Under the pieces are notes generated by a model. The model had not been told where the DNA came from, did not search any database, and was given only the letters and a program-made list of their open reading frames with translations. Positions 24,129 to 37,664 of a stretch of 64,000 nt of DNA are shown one piece after another. A program made the position numbers and the translations under genes. Each line of letters starts with the position of its first letter. Within the stretch, counting starts at the first letter, position 1. This DNA comes from Octopus sinensis (Eukaryota), in NCBI RefSeq assembly GCF_006345805.1, contig NC_042999.1, forward strand, positions 138,508,001 to 138,572,000, written 5' to 3'.

Positions 24129-24559
24129 TAATAATAATAATAATAATAATAATAATATGATCACCCTGCTCGTCTCTGAAGAGATGAGCAGAGTGCTACT
24201 GGAAAGCTGCACACGCTTGGAACTGCACAGTATGCGTTGATGAGTCAGAAACCAAGTTGTGACTTTGTTGCCAGGTCACGCCTCCACCACCCGAGCTCAT
24301 CGAACGTCTAATGCTTGAAAATCTATAAAATCTTTCCGGTTATTGGTAATTTTCCGATAAATCTTATGAATCTCCTGAAGACAGCTCTAGTCAGAAGCAG
24401 GTACTCTGAACGCTGGTGACATTGATATAAACGGCGATATTTTTCAAGGTTATTATCACCAAGTTTCTTTGTCATAGCTCCCATTCACTAAGTAAGCTTT
24501 TAGATGACACTAGTCATAGATACAGAATATACGACAGATCATTCAATCAACTCCTTTAC

Positions 24560-25840
24560 ATGAATGGTTTAAGGCTTTTTGCGAAAGGTGATTACCAACT
24601 AGTCATAGTGACGATACTAAAATGGAATTTGGCCTGATAAATATGCTAAAGCCACATTTTTTTAAAGGAAAGACTACCATAATCAAGGAAATAGATCCTG
24701 AAAAAAAACTACAGATATTTCAAGTACGTGTGGTGGCGAGGGTGTATGTGGGGGATGCTTTCATAGAGTTAGAATTTCCTAAACAGCGAACTTAATGCCA
24801 TAAACAATAGTGATACCATCAATATCGTGGTTGTGATCTGCAGCTTCTAAAATCATAAAATGGTTCATCAGTAAGAAAAGTAAAATTGATACAGAAATAT
24901 TTAAGTTTCTCACAATGCGTCGCGTGTATCACTCAAAGATAGATTCAAGTATAAAAATATCAAGAAACTAAATATGATATCAGAAGCAAAGAAATATGTA
25001 AAATAATTAAAGATCGCCAGGACTGAGGCGCAACACGATGAAACAGAAGAATCTACCACGAAAGCAAACCAAGTAAAGCATATGCCAAATCAAATGGAAT
25101 CCCAGAGCTGCATAACAGATGGAAAAGTTAAGCATTGCATAGTAAATACTCTACAAGGGCCAGTGGTCCTGTTGTTGATGTAATTATGGTCGGCCGCATT
25201 AAGTCACCGACAGTGGGGTTCGTTATAGCAGCTCAGGATCAGTGTCTACCCATCATCAAGCGAACATTCTTCAAAATGGTGCTGATCTTACCTGCCGCTT
25301 TTATGGAACAACTGTAGAAATGACTGACCACCTACTCTCTGGATGTCGCATATCAGCCTCAACTGAGTATACTAATCGCCATAATAAAACTTGGTCAGTA
25401 TTTGCACTGGGTCATATCCGTTGAGTTTGGATAACCAAATGAGAAGAACTGGTGGGAAAGTAGACCTGTCAAAAGTAGTAGAAAATAAAACACCATTGTT
25501 CTTTGAGATTTTAGTATTCAAACTGGTCGAGTTATTTAAATTGATTAAATATTGTGGTAAAAATAACACATTGATGAAACAGGTTTGCTCATAGATATGC
25601 CAATCCAAGCAGGCTGCAACACCTGTGAAGGTAAGTAAATACAAGGACCTCTAAATAGGTCACAAAAATGCGACATATGAGATTGACAACTGTACCTGTA
25701 ATTATCAATGCTTTGAAGGTAATATCAAATGACTCTCTAAAATTCTATGATCAAATGCTAGGATACCCCCAAAGTATCAGAACTACAAAAAATTGTTCTC
25801 ATGGATACTACCCACGTCTTAAGGAAAATAATGTCAACCT
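24560..25840 (+). mobile_element. Degenerate Dong/R4 LINE
   Basis: Fragments MEFGL.., VGFVIAAQDQCLP, CRFYGTTVEMTDHLLSGC...EYTNRHNK, TTVPVIINAL. Confidence 0.8.
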
Positions 25841-25880
25841 GAGAATATCTGAATTTTTTAAAATCTCAAGTATTACAACA

Positions 25881-26373
25881 AAGGAGAAAAACAATTGGTT
25901 TTAAATCTCTGAGCGAGAAATAAGTAGTAACAGTACTACAGAGTAAAGTTTATTTGCCAGCGTAAAGTGGCTGTCCTGATTAGTAACAGCGTCCTAATCA
26001 GGACTGCCATTTTACGTTGGCAAATAGACTTTACTCTGTAGTACTGTTACTACATATTTCTTGCTCAGAGATTTAAAACTAATTGTTTTTCTCCTTACGA
26101 GATCGGTGACTGTGTCACTTTAAAACTATATACGTCGAGCAGGGCCAAGTGCTGCTTTTCTAGCCAAGGTTATCTTGTGCCGGTGAAGAGAACTAGCCCA
26201 GAAACCATTGGTCCGTAGGTACTGTTTAAGGCTGAGTGGGAACATTAGCTTCCTTGTTCGAGGTGTAAGGACGCAATCGTGCGTCGGTAGCCAGCTGGAA
26301 AAGACATTTTTCTGAGGCTGAAAAAGGTAGTAATACCGTCCTAATCACTTTAAGATGGCAAATAGACTTTATT
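25881..26373 (+). mobile_element. PLE-type/retrozyme-like module: 103-bp inverted arm, ~347-bp unit and partial terminal repeat
   Basis: Inverted repeat 25881-25983/25994-26096 (96/103). The unit start gtaa..cgtcctaatca...tggcaaatagacttta recurs near 26330. Degenerate hammerhead (g)TGAAGA...GAAACC(ATT)GGTC at ~26182-26213. Confidence 0.75.
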
Positions 26374-27080
26374 ACAACAAACTTTTAACGGAATCGTAAT
26401 TCTTAGCATTTGGTCTTCTTTCCCTGAAATATTTCGTTGCTATTCTAAAATAACAAACAGTAAAACGTGTAACTTGCTGTTTCTTGAGGTCTCTGGGTGA
26501 AACTTGGAACAAAACGATGCGACACAAACAAAAGAATATTAATAATAATAATTCTTTCTACCATAGACACAATAACTGAAATTTGGGAGAGGAGGTTTAT
26601 TCGCTTATATCAACCCTAGTACTTGACTGGTGCTTTATTTTATACCCCTGCTGGAAGGATGAAAGATAAATTTGATTACGTCGAGAACTCAGAACATTAA
26701 AAAAACCGGCATAAATACAGGACATTTTTTCAATGATTTTTACCAACCCACCGCCCCTAACTATTTATCAGCTTTGAGAGATAATAGCACCCTCGGAGGT
26801 GTGAAAGATACTGAGAACGTTAAAAGACTGATGAAATATCGTAAAACATTTTTTTTTCCAACTCTATTGATCCTACCAGCTCACCGCCAATTCTTTAATA
26901 GTTTCTGATTTAGGTACAAGGCCAACAATTTTAAGAGGGATTGGAATAGTCGAGACCGTCTACCTCTGGTATTTGACTTGTACTTTATTTAACAACTCCG
27001 AAAAGTATAAATGCTAAGTGACTCGTGCGGATTTTGAACTCATGCGTAAAGTATCGTTAGAACTATTATTGATACTATTA

Positions 27081-27406
27081 TTAAAGACTCCGCCGGTTAC
27101 GACGACGAGGGTCCCAGCTGATACGATCAACGGAACAGCTTGCTCGTGAAATTAACGTGCAAATGGCTGAGCATTCCACAGACACGTGTACCCTTAACGT
27201 AGTTCTCGGGGATAATCAGCGTGACACAGAGAGTGACAAGGCTGACCCTTTGAAATACAAGTACAACTCATTTTTGCCAGCTGAGTGGACTGGAGCAACG
27301 TGAAATAAAGTGTCTTGCTCAAGGACACAACGCGTCGCCGGGAATCGAACTCACAACCTTACGATCATGAGCCGAATGCCCTAACCACTAAGCCACGCGC
27401 CCTCAC
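27081..27406 (-). mobile_element. Full-length, apparently young tRNA-headed CORE-like SINE with 13-bp TSD
   Basis: A box tggcttagtgg, B box gttcgattcc, then gtgtccttgagcaagacac. TSD attgatactatta at 27068-27080 and 27407-27419. Confidence 0.92.
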
Positions 27407-28484
27407 ATTGATACTATTAAGGACGCCTTAATAGTATCAATAATAGTTCTTTCTACAATAGGTAGGCACAAAATCTGAAATTTTGAGGGGAAGGCAAGTA
27501 ATCAATACTTAACTGTTAAGCAAAGCTTACTTGGGTGGGATCTGAACCCATGACGTAGAGCTGGACTTATCCGAATAATTTTTTTAATTAGTCGTTAAGC
27601 CTAACCTACACATACAATTAAAACGTTGGTGCATGAGTGTTACAAAAACGATTAGGGAGTGACAAGACAAAGTTATATAAATGACGTTTATACAATAAGT
27701 AAATTGAAATTTTGATAACGAGTAGATGAAAGAAAATAGAATAAATATTAAATTATATATAAAAAACATTAATTAAAACAGGATATAATTTGAACAGTGG
27801 AAACACAAATTGCCTTACCCACCCACATGTGAGTGAGAATTCATTAGTTAGGTCAGATCAGAACATTCCACAGCTTTACCCATCTACCATTCATTATTTT
27901 TAAATTAAGTATATACAAAGGTCTCCTTACAGTTTTTTTTTTTTGCGTTTGTCATGCTAAAACCCATCCAACGATCCCTGAGTGTTACCAGTGATTATTC
28001 TATATTTGTGTGCGCTTCAATAGCTTGTCTCTCCTGTATACCGGCCCTATTTTTTTCTCCTTATACAGTACATTTTCATCTTTATCGGTTTTATAGGGGA
28101 CCAAGCACTGCTATAAGGGACATGTTGTTTCTCAATCTCACAACTGTGAACTTCATTATACACCTGTGGCGTAGGGCTCTTTTCGTGTTTTACAAACCTC
28201 GGTTACTCCCATCAATCTCGTTTCCTTCTTTTTTCTCTCTTTAAGCTACTGCCTGCGATTTCTCTTTCAGTATTCGTGCGATCGAAATCGTCACCAGTGA
28301 AAGAATAGTATTCCTAGTAAGAGGAGCTTCAGCCCTAACCGCTTCTTGGGTTCAGAAGGATGTAATTTCCTTCATTTCTGAAAATTCGACATGCAGTACT
28401 AAGAACAATAATCTCTGACACCTGATGTTGTTGATAATTTGATGTTGTTCACTGCTCTTTCTTTCTTTCCTTATTTCTTTCTTC

Positions 28485-28534
<50 letters not shown>

Positions 28535-31500
28535 CCGCTCTTCGGGGAAGAAAGACTTCAATCAGCTTTTGCTACCTAACATATAATAGCTACATTCAAT
28601 GGCGTTGCTCTGTATCACAAGTTTCATTGTAATGTATTTCGGAATCCACTATGGAGTACAGTTCCAGAATCGTCTTGAGAGGTCACATGAACATGTAAAC
28701 CTAAACAAACTTCCACTAGCTACACAAAGTTCCTTTTCACTTCAGCACTTACTATCCGCCCAAATTGTATTACGACGATGACAATAACCGAAGGGTTGCT
28801 GTCCCTATCTATGCCTTTGACTGTCAATCGAGTATCTCACTATCTCTATTTGTCGTTTTGTTTCGCCTTCAGTCCTAAGAAGCAGGCAGACACTACTATA
28901 TGCTTTGCCCACGCGTCAGACAGATCCTCCATATATTTGTCTATAGAGGGCATACAAAAGATCTCCTTTTCACGAGACCGAGATATGTCCCTTTTTTTTT
29001 ACCAGTTTTGAACGAATTCTTCGCGTAAGGATCAGACTCCCTCGTAACACAACCCTGCTACACTTGTCTTTCCAAATGAACCTTGTAGATATCAATGATT
29101 TTCTTATTTGCATAACTGTGTATTGTATTGTTGTTACTGCTGTTATTATTGTTAAAAGAGCCTTCAAAATTACTCTTATTCGTAATAAACGTCACAAAAA
29201 TCTCAATTTTTTTTTTTGCTTCTAAATGTTGTTCTTTTTTTTCTGTATTTTTGTTCATTGTTTTTTTTCATTTTCGTTTTTGCTTTCTGTGCAGCTGTCA
29301 AGGCTTTTGTTTGTTTGGCGGGCGTTTCTTGCCGACATTTTGCGTTGAATGTCAGATTATGAAAAAAAAGTTTAAAAAGACATTTTTTTCCACCCGAATG
29401 TGGGCGAAAAAACTGCTTCTATTCCTTGAATCAATCCGTTCGAAATGACTCTGAAAAATGTCGTTAAATTAATATTTTTAATCATCGAAAAAATTAACCC
29501 TGATATGTAAAGCACATCTCCTCAAGATAAAATCCAAGGGAGCAGAGTAATCGATATCACCGAGCCCAATACTAGACTGGGTCTTTATTTTATTGACGGG
29601 ATTCAAACTCAAAATGTAAAGAGCAGAAAGAACATCGCAAGGTATTTTTTCTTCGCTCGAATAATTCTGCCTGATTACCATCTATAAAGATTTTAAATTT
29701 TAGTACAATTTCAGTAGTTTTGAAAGAAGATTACTCGATACCATCGACCTCGGCATGTAATTGGTACTTTACTTCATTGACCCAGAACAGATAAAAGTCA
29801 AATTGATTTCGGCAGGATTGAAATCAGAACATAAAGAGCCGAGAAAAATACCAAAATACATTTTGTCCTTTTCTCTAACGATTCTACAATATGCAGTCCA
29901 AGTAACAATAACAACAAAAGTTTCTTTATTATTGTATGAAGGATACTGGATGAGGAGATATTACAGAACAGATATCAAAAAATGTTTGCATAGAAACCGC
30001 ACATACATGATGTATGTAGTTTATGACAGAATCCTCAGCGGAGAGGACCGTCACCAGGAATCAATCAAAGAACGTTACAGATTTAGGATTACACTAACTA
30101 CCTGTATTTCACGGTTCGCAGATGCATGCTAAGTGTAGACCCATTCGCGCTGATAATTCTCACTATTCTCTCCTTTCAACAAATTCCATATAAAGCAGCA
30201 TCTTTCCACTTTCACCTTCCTGTCGGGGGACATGAGTATCAATTTGATACGATGTTTCTGTATCGACAGAGTTTATTTGGAGTCGGCAATGGTAATTGGT
30301 GCTGCAGCGAGGCCGTGGACTTTTGAAATTCTCCGGAATACATCGTTCCGTTAATCTTCCACGATGTCTAGAGTCTCTCGAAAACTTCTTTACTCTTGCT
30401 CACCGCTAACCCATTACAGAATACAGGAGTTGACTGAACACCAGCCGTGATTTCCGACTGAAAGAGTGTGGGCCCGGCAATACTCCAGATGCCAGGGACC
30501 AAATATTGTTCGCCGCTGGACAGTGTCTAAAATTCCAAGAAAGAGATGAACTACCGTAAAACGTGCCTGACAAATGGTGGCCGCATCTCACTGTCCAACA
30601 ATTTCTACAAATACTGCAGTCTCAGTACATGTTCAATATACACACAGCAAAATGAACAACCCATGCAGAGTATGTTAGCAGTAGATAGACCTTCTGACCA
30701 AGCAAACTCATCTCTTCAACAAAAAAGGGAACGAGTAAACCCTTTAGCCTGGTCAGATAAAGATTTTGGCCTGACATAGCGGTCTGATAGTAATATATAA
30801 TGGATGCGATGTGTTTATTGCTCCTGTCTAACCTTTAAGAGATTGTTTTCTGCCGGCCCGTTTGAGTAACAGTAACCACTCAACTCGTAACCTTGTCCGA
30901 ATTCTTATCCACAATAATAATCTTTTCTACTATAGGTACAAGGCTTGAAATTTTATGAGAAGGGCGCTAGTCGATTACATCGATCCCAGTGATCAGCTAG
31001 TGCTTATTTTATCGATCCTGAAAGGATGAAAAGTAGACCTTTAGGTCTTCTTGAAAACCATTACCTCTCATAACCTCAATATATATACGGCAGCCTTCCA
31101 CACAGTTTCCGTTTACCAAATCCAATCACAAAGCATTGGGTAACCAGGGGCTGTTGCGAAAGATGAAGCGCATGAGACTAAACCTGAGACCACCAGGTTT
31201 TAAAGCGAGTTTCTTAACGACACAGCTACGCCTAAAGCTGAATATTTGTATGTTGCATTGACAGACGCAGGCGGAAATGTATGGTTAGGAAGTTAGCTTC
31301 ACAGCCACGTGCTTCCGGGTTCGACCACACTGCCAAGCGCTTTAGTCATGCGTTTACTATATGAGTCATAAGTGGACCAGTAATTTGTGGGTGGAATTTG
31401 GTTGGCGGAAACTGTGCGGAAGTCCCTCATATACGTAGTTTATGCGTGTGGGAGTATAAATATGTGTGCATGTATGAATGTACGTATGTGAGCGTCCGTG

Positions 31501-31958
31501 CGCGTGTGAAACTTGTGTTATGCCATAATGTGTAACTGAGCGACTCGATAAAGTACAAGACTGAAATGAGTTGTGGAGACGATATCGTCATTTAAAACAT
31601 TTTGCGATCTGTGCTCCAGCATGGACAGTGTCGAATAAGATAAATTAGCAAATGGATAAATGATCTTTCATTCTTTCAGTCATTTGACTGCAGCCATACT
31701 GGAGCACTGCTTCGAAGGATTTTAGTCGAACAGCTCGACCCCTAGTACTCATTCTGTCGTTCTCTTTTGCCGAAACGCTAAGTTACGGGAACGTAAATAC
31801 ACCAATACTAGCGATGAGGAGACAAACACAGACACACACTCAAACACAGATACACACACAAATGCACACGAACACACAACGAAAATAAAATATTGAAAAA
31901 ATAAATGTATTTGACCAAATTTGAACATACGACAGTTTAACATAATAGCAACGATATA

Positions 31959-32004
<46 letters not shown>

Positions 32005-32122
32005 CATGACAGGTTTCTTTCAGTTTCCATCTACCAAATCCACTCACAAGGCTACGGTCGGTCTGAGTTTACAGTAGAAGACATTTACCTCAAGGTACGA
32101 CACAGCCATGCCTGCGCCTCTA

Positions 32123-32228
<106 letters not shown>

Positions 32229-32229
32229 C

Positions 32230-32347
<118 letters not shown>

Positions 32348-32730
32348 TATGATCATTTTAGTAACTTCTATGCTGAAGTAGAGACATGTTCTTTGTCTAT
32401 ATCCTTAACTTCTTGGAAATTTGAGGTATAATTATAATAATGTGTCCATCTGTTCTAATTTAATTTAATTCTATCTTTATGCAGTTCATGATTGCTCTGC
32501 ATTTTAAATTGATATAATGATTTCATTGTTCAATTAAATGGAGTTGCATGAAACGATCGTACTGCATTACCTCTGGATATCCTTGTTACTTATTTTGATT
32601 TTAATCGCCATACTTTGAAATTGTATTATGGATAATACCGTACTAAATTCTGGTGCCTCAACTTAAGTACCATATTCATCTGAATCTAAATTTTTGCTGA
32701 AATCATCTACCATACCCAAATTATATATGC

Positions 32731-32920
32731 ATAGTTGAAATTTACAGAAAAACAAAAGACGAAGATAGGTGCATAAACAACAAACAGGTGCATTAGTTTA
32801 ACGCTCGAGAATGTGAGAAAGTCTTTTGCGTTTCGGGCCTACGTTCTTCAAATGAAAGGAACACGAGGGAATAAAGAGAGAGAGAATTAAAAAAAAAACA
32901 GCTTTAGGGAGCTAGCGGTC
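32731..32920 (-). mobile_element. PLE pLTR copy with a degenerate hammerhead
   Basis: Homologous to 6763-6945; motif at 32822-32859. Confidence 0.75.
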
Positions 32921-32981
32921 AGTCATTCATTTTTTTCTCTTAATTTATAAGATTATATATATATAATATATATATATATTA

Positions 32982-33020
<39 letters not shown>

Positions 33021-33025
<5 letters not shown>

Positions 33026-33271
33026 TTGCTATTATGCAAAGTGTCATAAGTCCAAAATATTTCTCTTTCAGAGAACGAAAAAAAATTTCACCATTCCATA
33101 GCAAAACCGTTGTACTACACTTTCACAATTTTTGATATATTGGCATCTAAAGCAGCTGGATATACGATAGTTTGAACAAAAGAACCGGCTGTGGCAAGCA
33201 AAAATAAATATTGAACAAAACGCATTTGACCAAATTTGAACATACGACAGTTTAACATAATAACAACAATA
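33021..33271. mobile_element. MITE with 16-bp TIRs inserted in (TA)n
   Basis: Left tatcgttgctattatg, right cataataacaacaata. A second right-end copy at 31885-31957 has the perfect complement cataatagcaacgata. Confidence 0.75.
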
Positions 33272-33279
33272 TATATATA

Positions 33280-33575
33280 TAGTTGAAATTTACTGAAAAA
33301 TATAAGATGAAGACAAGTGTATGAACAACAAGCAGGTGTATTAGTTTGATGCTCGGGAAAGTGAGAAGCTCTTTTACGTTTCGAGACTACGCCCTTTAAC
33401 AGACAGGAGTAAGAGAAAATAGACAGAGAGAGAATAAAAAATCTTATGGATTTAGCGATCAAGCATAGCAACTGGTTGGAAAAAATGGTTTGACAGGAGA
33501 GGTAGACAGAAGGAGAGATAATAAAATATTGGCGATCCGAAAACGAAGGTGCGCGTGTGTATGTGTGTATGTGAG

Positions 33576-33618
<43 letters not shown>

Positions 33619-34240
33619 GGATAGGGGTTAGGGACTTTGGCATATGTGGATATGTGCGTGTGTAAGTATGTGCGTCCGTAATGTGTGGGTGTGTGGAAGA
33701 TGCTATGTGGGTGTGCGGGCGGATGATTGAGTGTGGCGAAGGTGCTGGGAAGTGGTCAGTGCTAGTGTATGGAGTGGTGTGGGGTGTGTAATGTGGTGTG
33801 GTGTGTCTGTGGCGGGGTTTGGGGTGTAGTGGGCGAACGGGGATGTGGCTGTAGGATTGTGGGGTGTGGGGATGTGGCTGTGGAGATATGAGTGTGATGT
33901 GGGGATGAAGATGTGGGAATAAGGGGGAGTATATGGGAGTGGGGTGGGGTGCGTGGAGGTGGTATCAATGAAGAGAGAATGTAGGTAGGAGTGAAGGGAG
34001 GAAGTAGGTATCGGATGAAGAGAGGAGGAGATTTGAGCCCATGTGGAGCAATGGAGCGAAGAGAGATTAACGGCGAACACAGACAGGTGTCGTAGTGAAT
34101 GATCAGTAGAGCGGAAATGGCGCGAGACCGGGGTGTCATTGGTGAGTCTGATGTCTCGGAAGTGCCCGCAAACCGATCAGCCAAGCGTTTGACCGATGTA
34201 CAGAGGAGGGTAGAAAGAGCAACAAATACAACATAAATAT
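33280..34240 (-). mobile_element. Penelope-like element 3' end: GIY-YIG endonuclease remnant plus pLTR
   Basis: Frameshifted minus translation CICCSFYPPLYIGQT/RLADRFA/HFRDIRLTNDTPVSRHFRSTDHS...SLRSIAPHGL at 34020-34235, followed by a pLTR with a hammerhead-like motif at 33370-33407. Confidence 0.85.
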
Positions 34241-35638
34241 ATATATATATATATATATCTATATATATATATATATATATATATCGGGTGCAGATTTGTA
34301 TCGATAACCAGTTGGAGGATGCTCTTCCTGGAGTTAAAAGCCGTATTAACGTCGGTTCCTTCGGAACAGCCATATTGTGATAAACATTACTTGTTAGTTT
34401 CAAATCTATTTAACTGCTGATTTTTCGGTAATCGGAAGTTTCGACTAATGAGTGGTAATCTCTATTGGTTTCTATTGGCTGGTGGAAACCGTTTATTATA
34501 TCGACTTCAGGACATTACTTTTACTTAATTTTTTGTTGACCCTCGAAGAATGAAAAAGTAGGTCTCGGCAGGATTTAAACTATAGACGTAAAAGACTGTA
34601 AATAAATGCTGCATTGTAGCTGAATTTATAGTTCATTTATACAACCATAACTGAAAAATCCTCTTTGATGTCAATAATTTAAAATAAGGAAAGGACCGGG
34701 TGCTTTCAGACAGTTGAAACATTTAAAACAGCCGACCGTATGTCGTTCAAAGAAGAAAAAAAACAAAAAAAGAAAAAAAAAACACAAAAATAAAGCAACT
34801 TTTCTCCTTTAAATCTGAATCCCTTCCCCCAATGCAGTACAGTTGTAGGAGAAATCAATGACTTGGAATTTAAGACTTCCTGCCAATATGGAAAAATGAA
34901 CTAATTGAGATTTCTGGTTAACTCAAATAACCAAAATATCAAGACTTCCGGTTTAATGAAACAACTGGGCTAAAAGAAGCCGTTTCTTTAACAAGCTTCG
35001 AGTGAAGGGAAATATTCGCCTTAAATATTTGAGGAAATAATTAAGAGCAGCATTTCAATTTAAAGTGTGCAACGAAGGAAAAGAGGAGTTTTATACGACT
35101 GGTCGATAAAAATAGTACAAGCATGTATAATAAATACTGGCTAAGTTAGTAGTAAATTAGTATTGGTATTTTTAATGTACTCAGCATGAAAATAAAATCT
35201 AAATTCAATTATAAATTCTTATGTGGTGAGAAAACAAAATGAGTAACATTATTCTAACCATTTGGGCAAATACATACGACAACTTCAGATATATCTATTT
35301 AAACATTTTTTTACTGGTTTCAGTCACCAGACTGCGACCATGCTGGGGCATCGCCTCGAGGAATTTTAGTGGAACGTATCGACCCCTTATTTTTTTATTT
35401 TAAGCTTGGTACTTGTATTTAATGGTATCGGACTCTTTTTTTCCCGCCGCTAAATTACGGGAATGTAAACACACGTACCCCGTTTGTCAAGCGGTGGTGG
35501 AAAACAAACACAGACACAAAAACACATAGACATACATTTACATATATTCCACTGGCGGTGCCCCAGTATGGCCACACCCTTAGAGCTGAAACGTATAAAA
35601 GAATATATATATATATCAAACATACATATATATGTGTG

Positions 35639-35670
<32 letters not shown>

Positions 35671-35793
35671 CTAGATAGATAGATATGTATCTATACGTAT
35701 ATATATAGGTATATATACATATATGTATATATATATGTGTGTGTGTGTGTGTATGTATATATATATGTATGTATATATATATGTATATATATG

Positions 35794-35866
<73 letters not shown>

Positions 35867-37191
35867 TATGCACTAACGGCTACTTTCAGTGTCCTAACCA
35901 AGTTCACTCATAATGCATTTGTTGGCCCGAGGCTATTGTGAAAGACACACTTACCCAAGGTGTCATGCAGTTGAACTGAACCCAGAACCATGCGATTGGG
36001 AATCAAACTTTTTACCACAGAGTCACGTTTTGGTTTAATTAATCTTTTTCGCAGAATGACAAATATCACTGTACTGGTGTGACGTAATGATTTACGTCTA
36101 ATACGTAGGCATTATGTCTTATGTTTAAATAGTAAATGCGGCAGTAATACGCCTGTCTTATTAAATTATTTCTCTTTGGCCCATTAATGTTTGATATGAC
36201 ATGAATCAGTGTTAGACGTTTCCAGTGTAAATGAATGGTATTACTGAGTCAGACACTGTTAAATAATTCTGATGATAAACTTCCTCACCCATTTGCCTGT
36301 TTATCAATGGAAAATCTTTATCTGAGCGATAACTGTTTGACTTAATTCACAGCCGCCCGTCACTATGGCTAAAATTTGGGTGTAATTATAGCTGTGCTGT
36401 GTAGGCAAGGCAGCTAATACGTCATACTTTCGATATATTCATTCAATGTACGTTCAAAAGTTGTCACATACCATTAAATACAAGTTATATATGTTTTTAC
36501 AGACAGTTCGTATATGAAAGCGAGACCTGAACTGCATGACAAACTGTGACATACACTCGTGGAATTTTCCATAGCATTTTATCAGTATCAGAATACAAAT
36601 TTTGTTCATTATGTTTTTTAACTTAATGGAAATGATAACATTTCTGAGCAATTAAGCCCATTATTTACTTACGGCAATAATCAGTGATGACGAACGGCGC
36701 CTGTGAAAACATATAATGTCAAAAGTATTATAATAGTTGATGTGATTATTGTTGCAATTATTATTGCTCCTCGTCCTTGCTTCAAGGAAGTTGAGTCCAG
36801 TAGAACAAAACAACAAAACAGTCAACAGTTACTTCGAACCTAGTTACAGCAGCAGTGGACTGCCCATTCCTATTAAATTGCATTTTTCCTGAAGATAAAG
36901 AAATAGTTCTAACAATATATAATTGTGAAGTCCTTGGAATATTTTAAATGCTTTCAATTCAAGTAATTATTAGTTTCTGCTTTAAGGCTACTACATTTAT
37001 CAATATTTTCTTTGAAAAACTTGGCCATTCTTTGTTTCAAAGGAATTTAGTCTTTACACAGACACGAATACACACACACACGAACGCACACGCACACACA
37101 CACATACACATACACACACACACACGTGTGTGTGTGATGTATATTTGTGTGTATATATATATGTCAATCTACCTATCTATTTATCTCTTTC

Positions 37192-37229
<38 letters not shown>

Positions 37230-37255
37230 AGATCAAAGTGTACTACGTCGCTATA

Positions 37256-37650
37256 TCTTTATATATAAAAGTGAAGTTGTGTGTCTGTCTCCTACGATTT
37301 AGATTCCTAACTACTCCCACATTTTGCGGTACCGTTTAACCAAAACCGGGTATCTTATAGTCGTGATTCATATCGAGCCCTTCTGAGTATTAGCGCGCGT
37401 CTACGATGAGTCTACGATTTAAAAAAAAAATTACCATCATTTTTTCCATTTTAATGCATTTTTTCGCAATTATATAAGGGAAGTAACTCTCTAAAAATGT
37501 CTACGATGAGTCAACGAATTAAAAAAAAATTTACCATAATTTTTTCCCATTTTTAATGCATTTTTTTGCTATTTTTTGGCTATAACTCTCTAAAAATGCT
37601 TATATAGTTATTTCCCTTACAAACCGAGCAACGCCGGGCGATACTGCTAG
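37256..37650 (+). mobile_element. Non-autonomous Helitron-like element
   Basis: A|TC...ccgagcaacgccggg hairpin...CTAG|T, no TSD, internal ~100-bp duplication. Confidence 0.85.
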
Positions 37651-37664
37651 TTTTTTATATATAA

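Noticed and set aside
24232-24268. Hammerhead at TTGATGAGTCAGAAAC
   Set aside because: C3 is missing, there is no stem II pairing and no stem I.
33762-34403. 213-aa minus-strand ORF as a host gene
   Set aside because: Crosses a (TA)n tract and is a frameshifted reading of a PLE GIY-YIG remnant plus low-complexity pLTR.
34400-34500. Promoter (two ATTGG boxes and an ETS CGGAAGT)
   Set aside because: No associated exon or CpG island; short motifs alone are insufficient.
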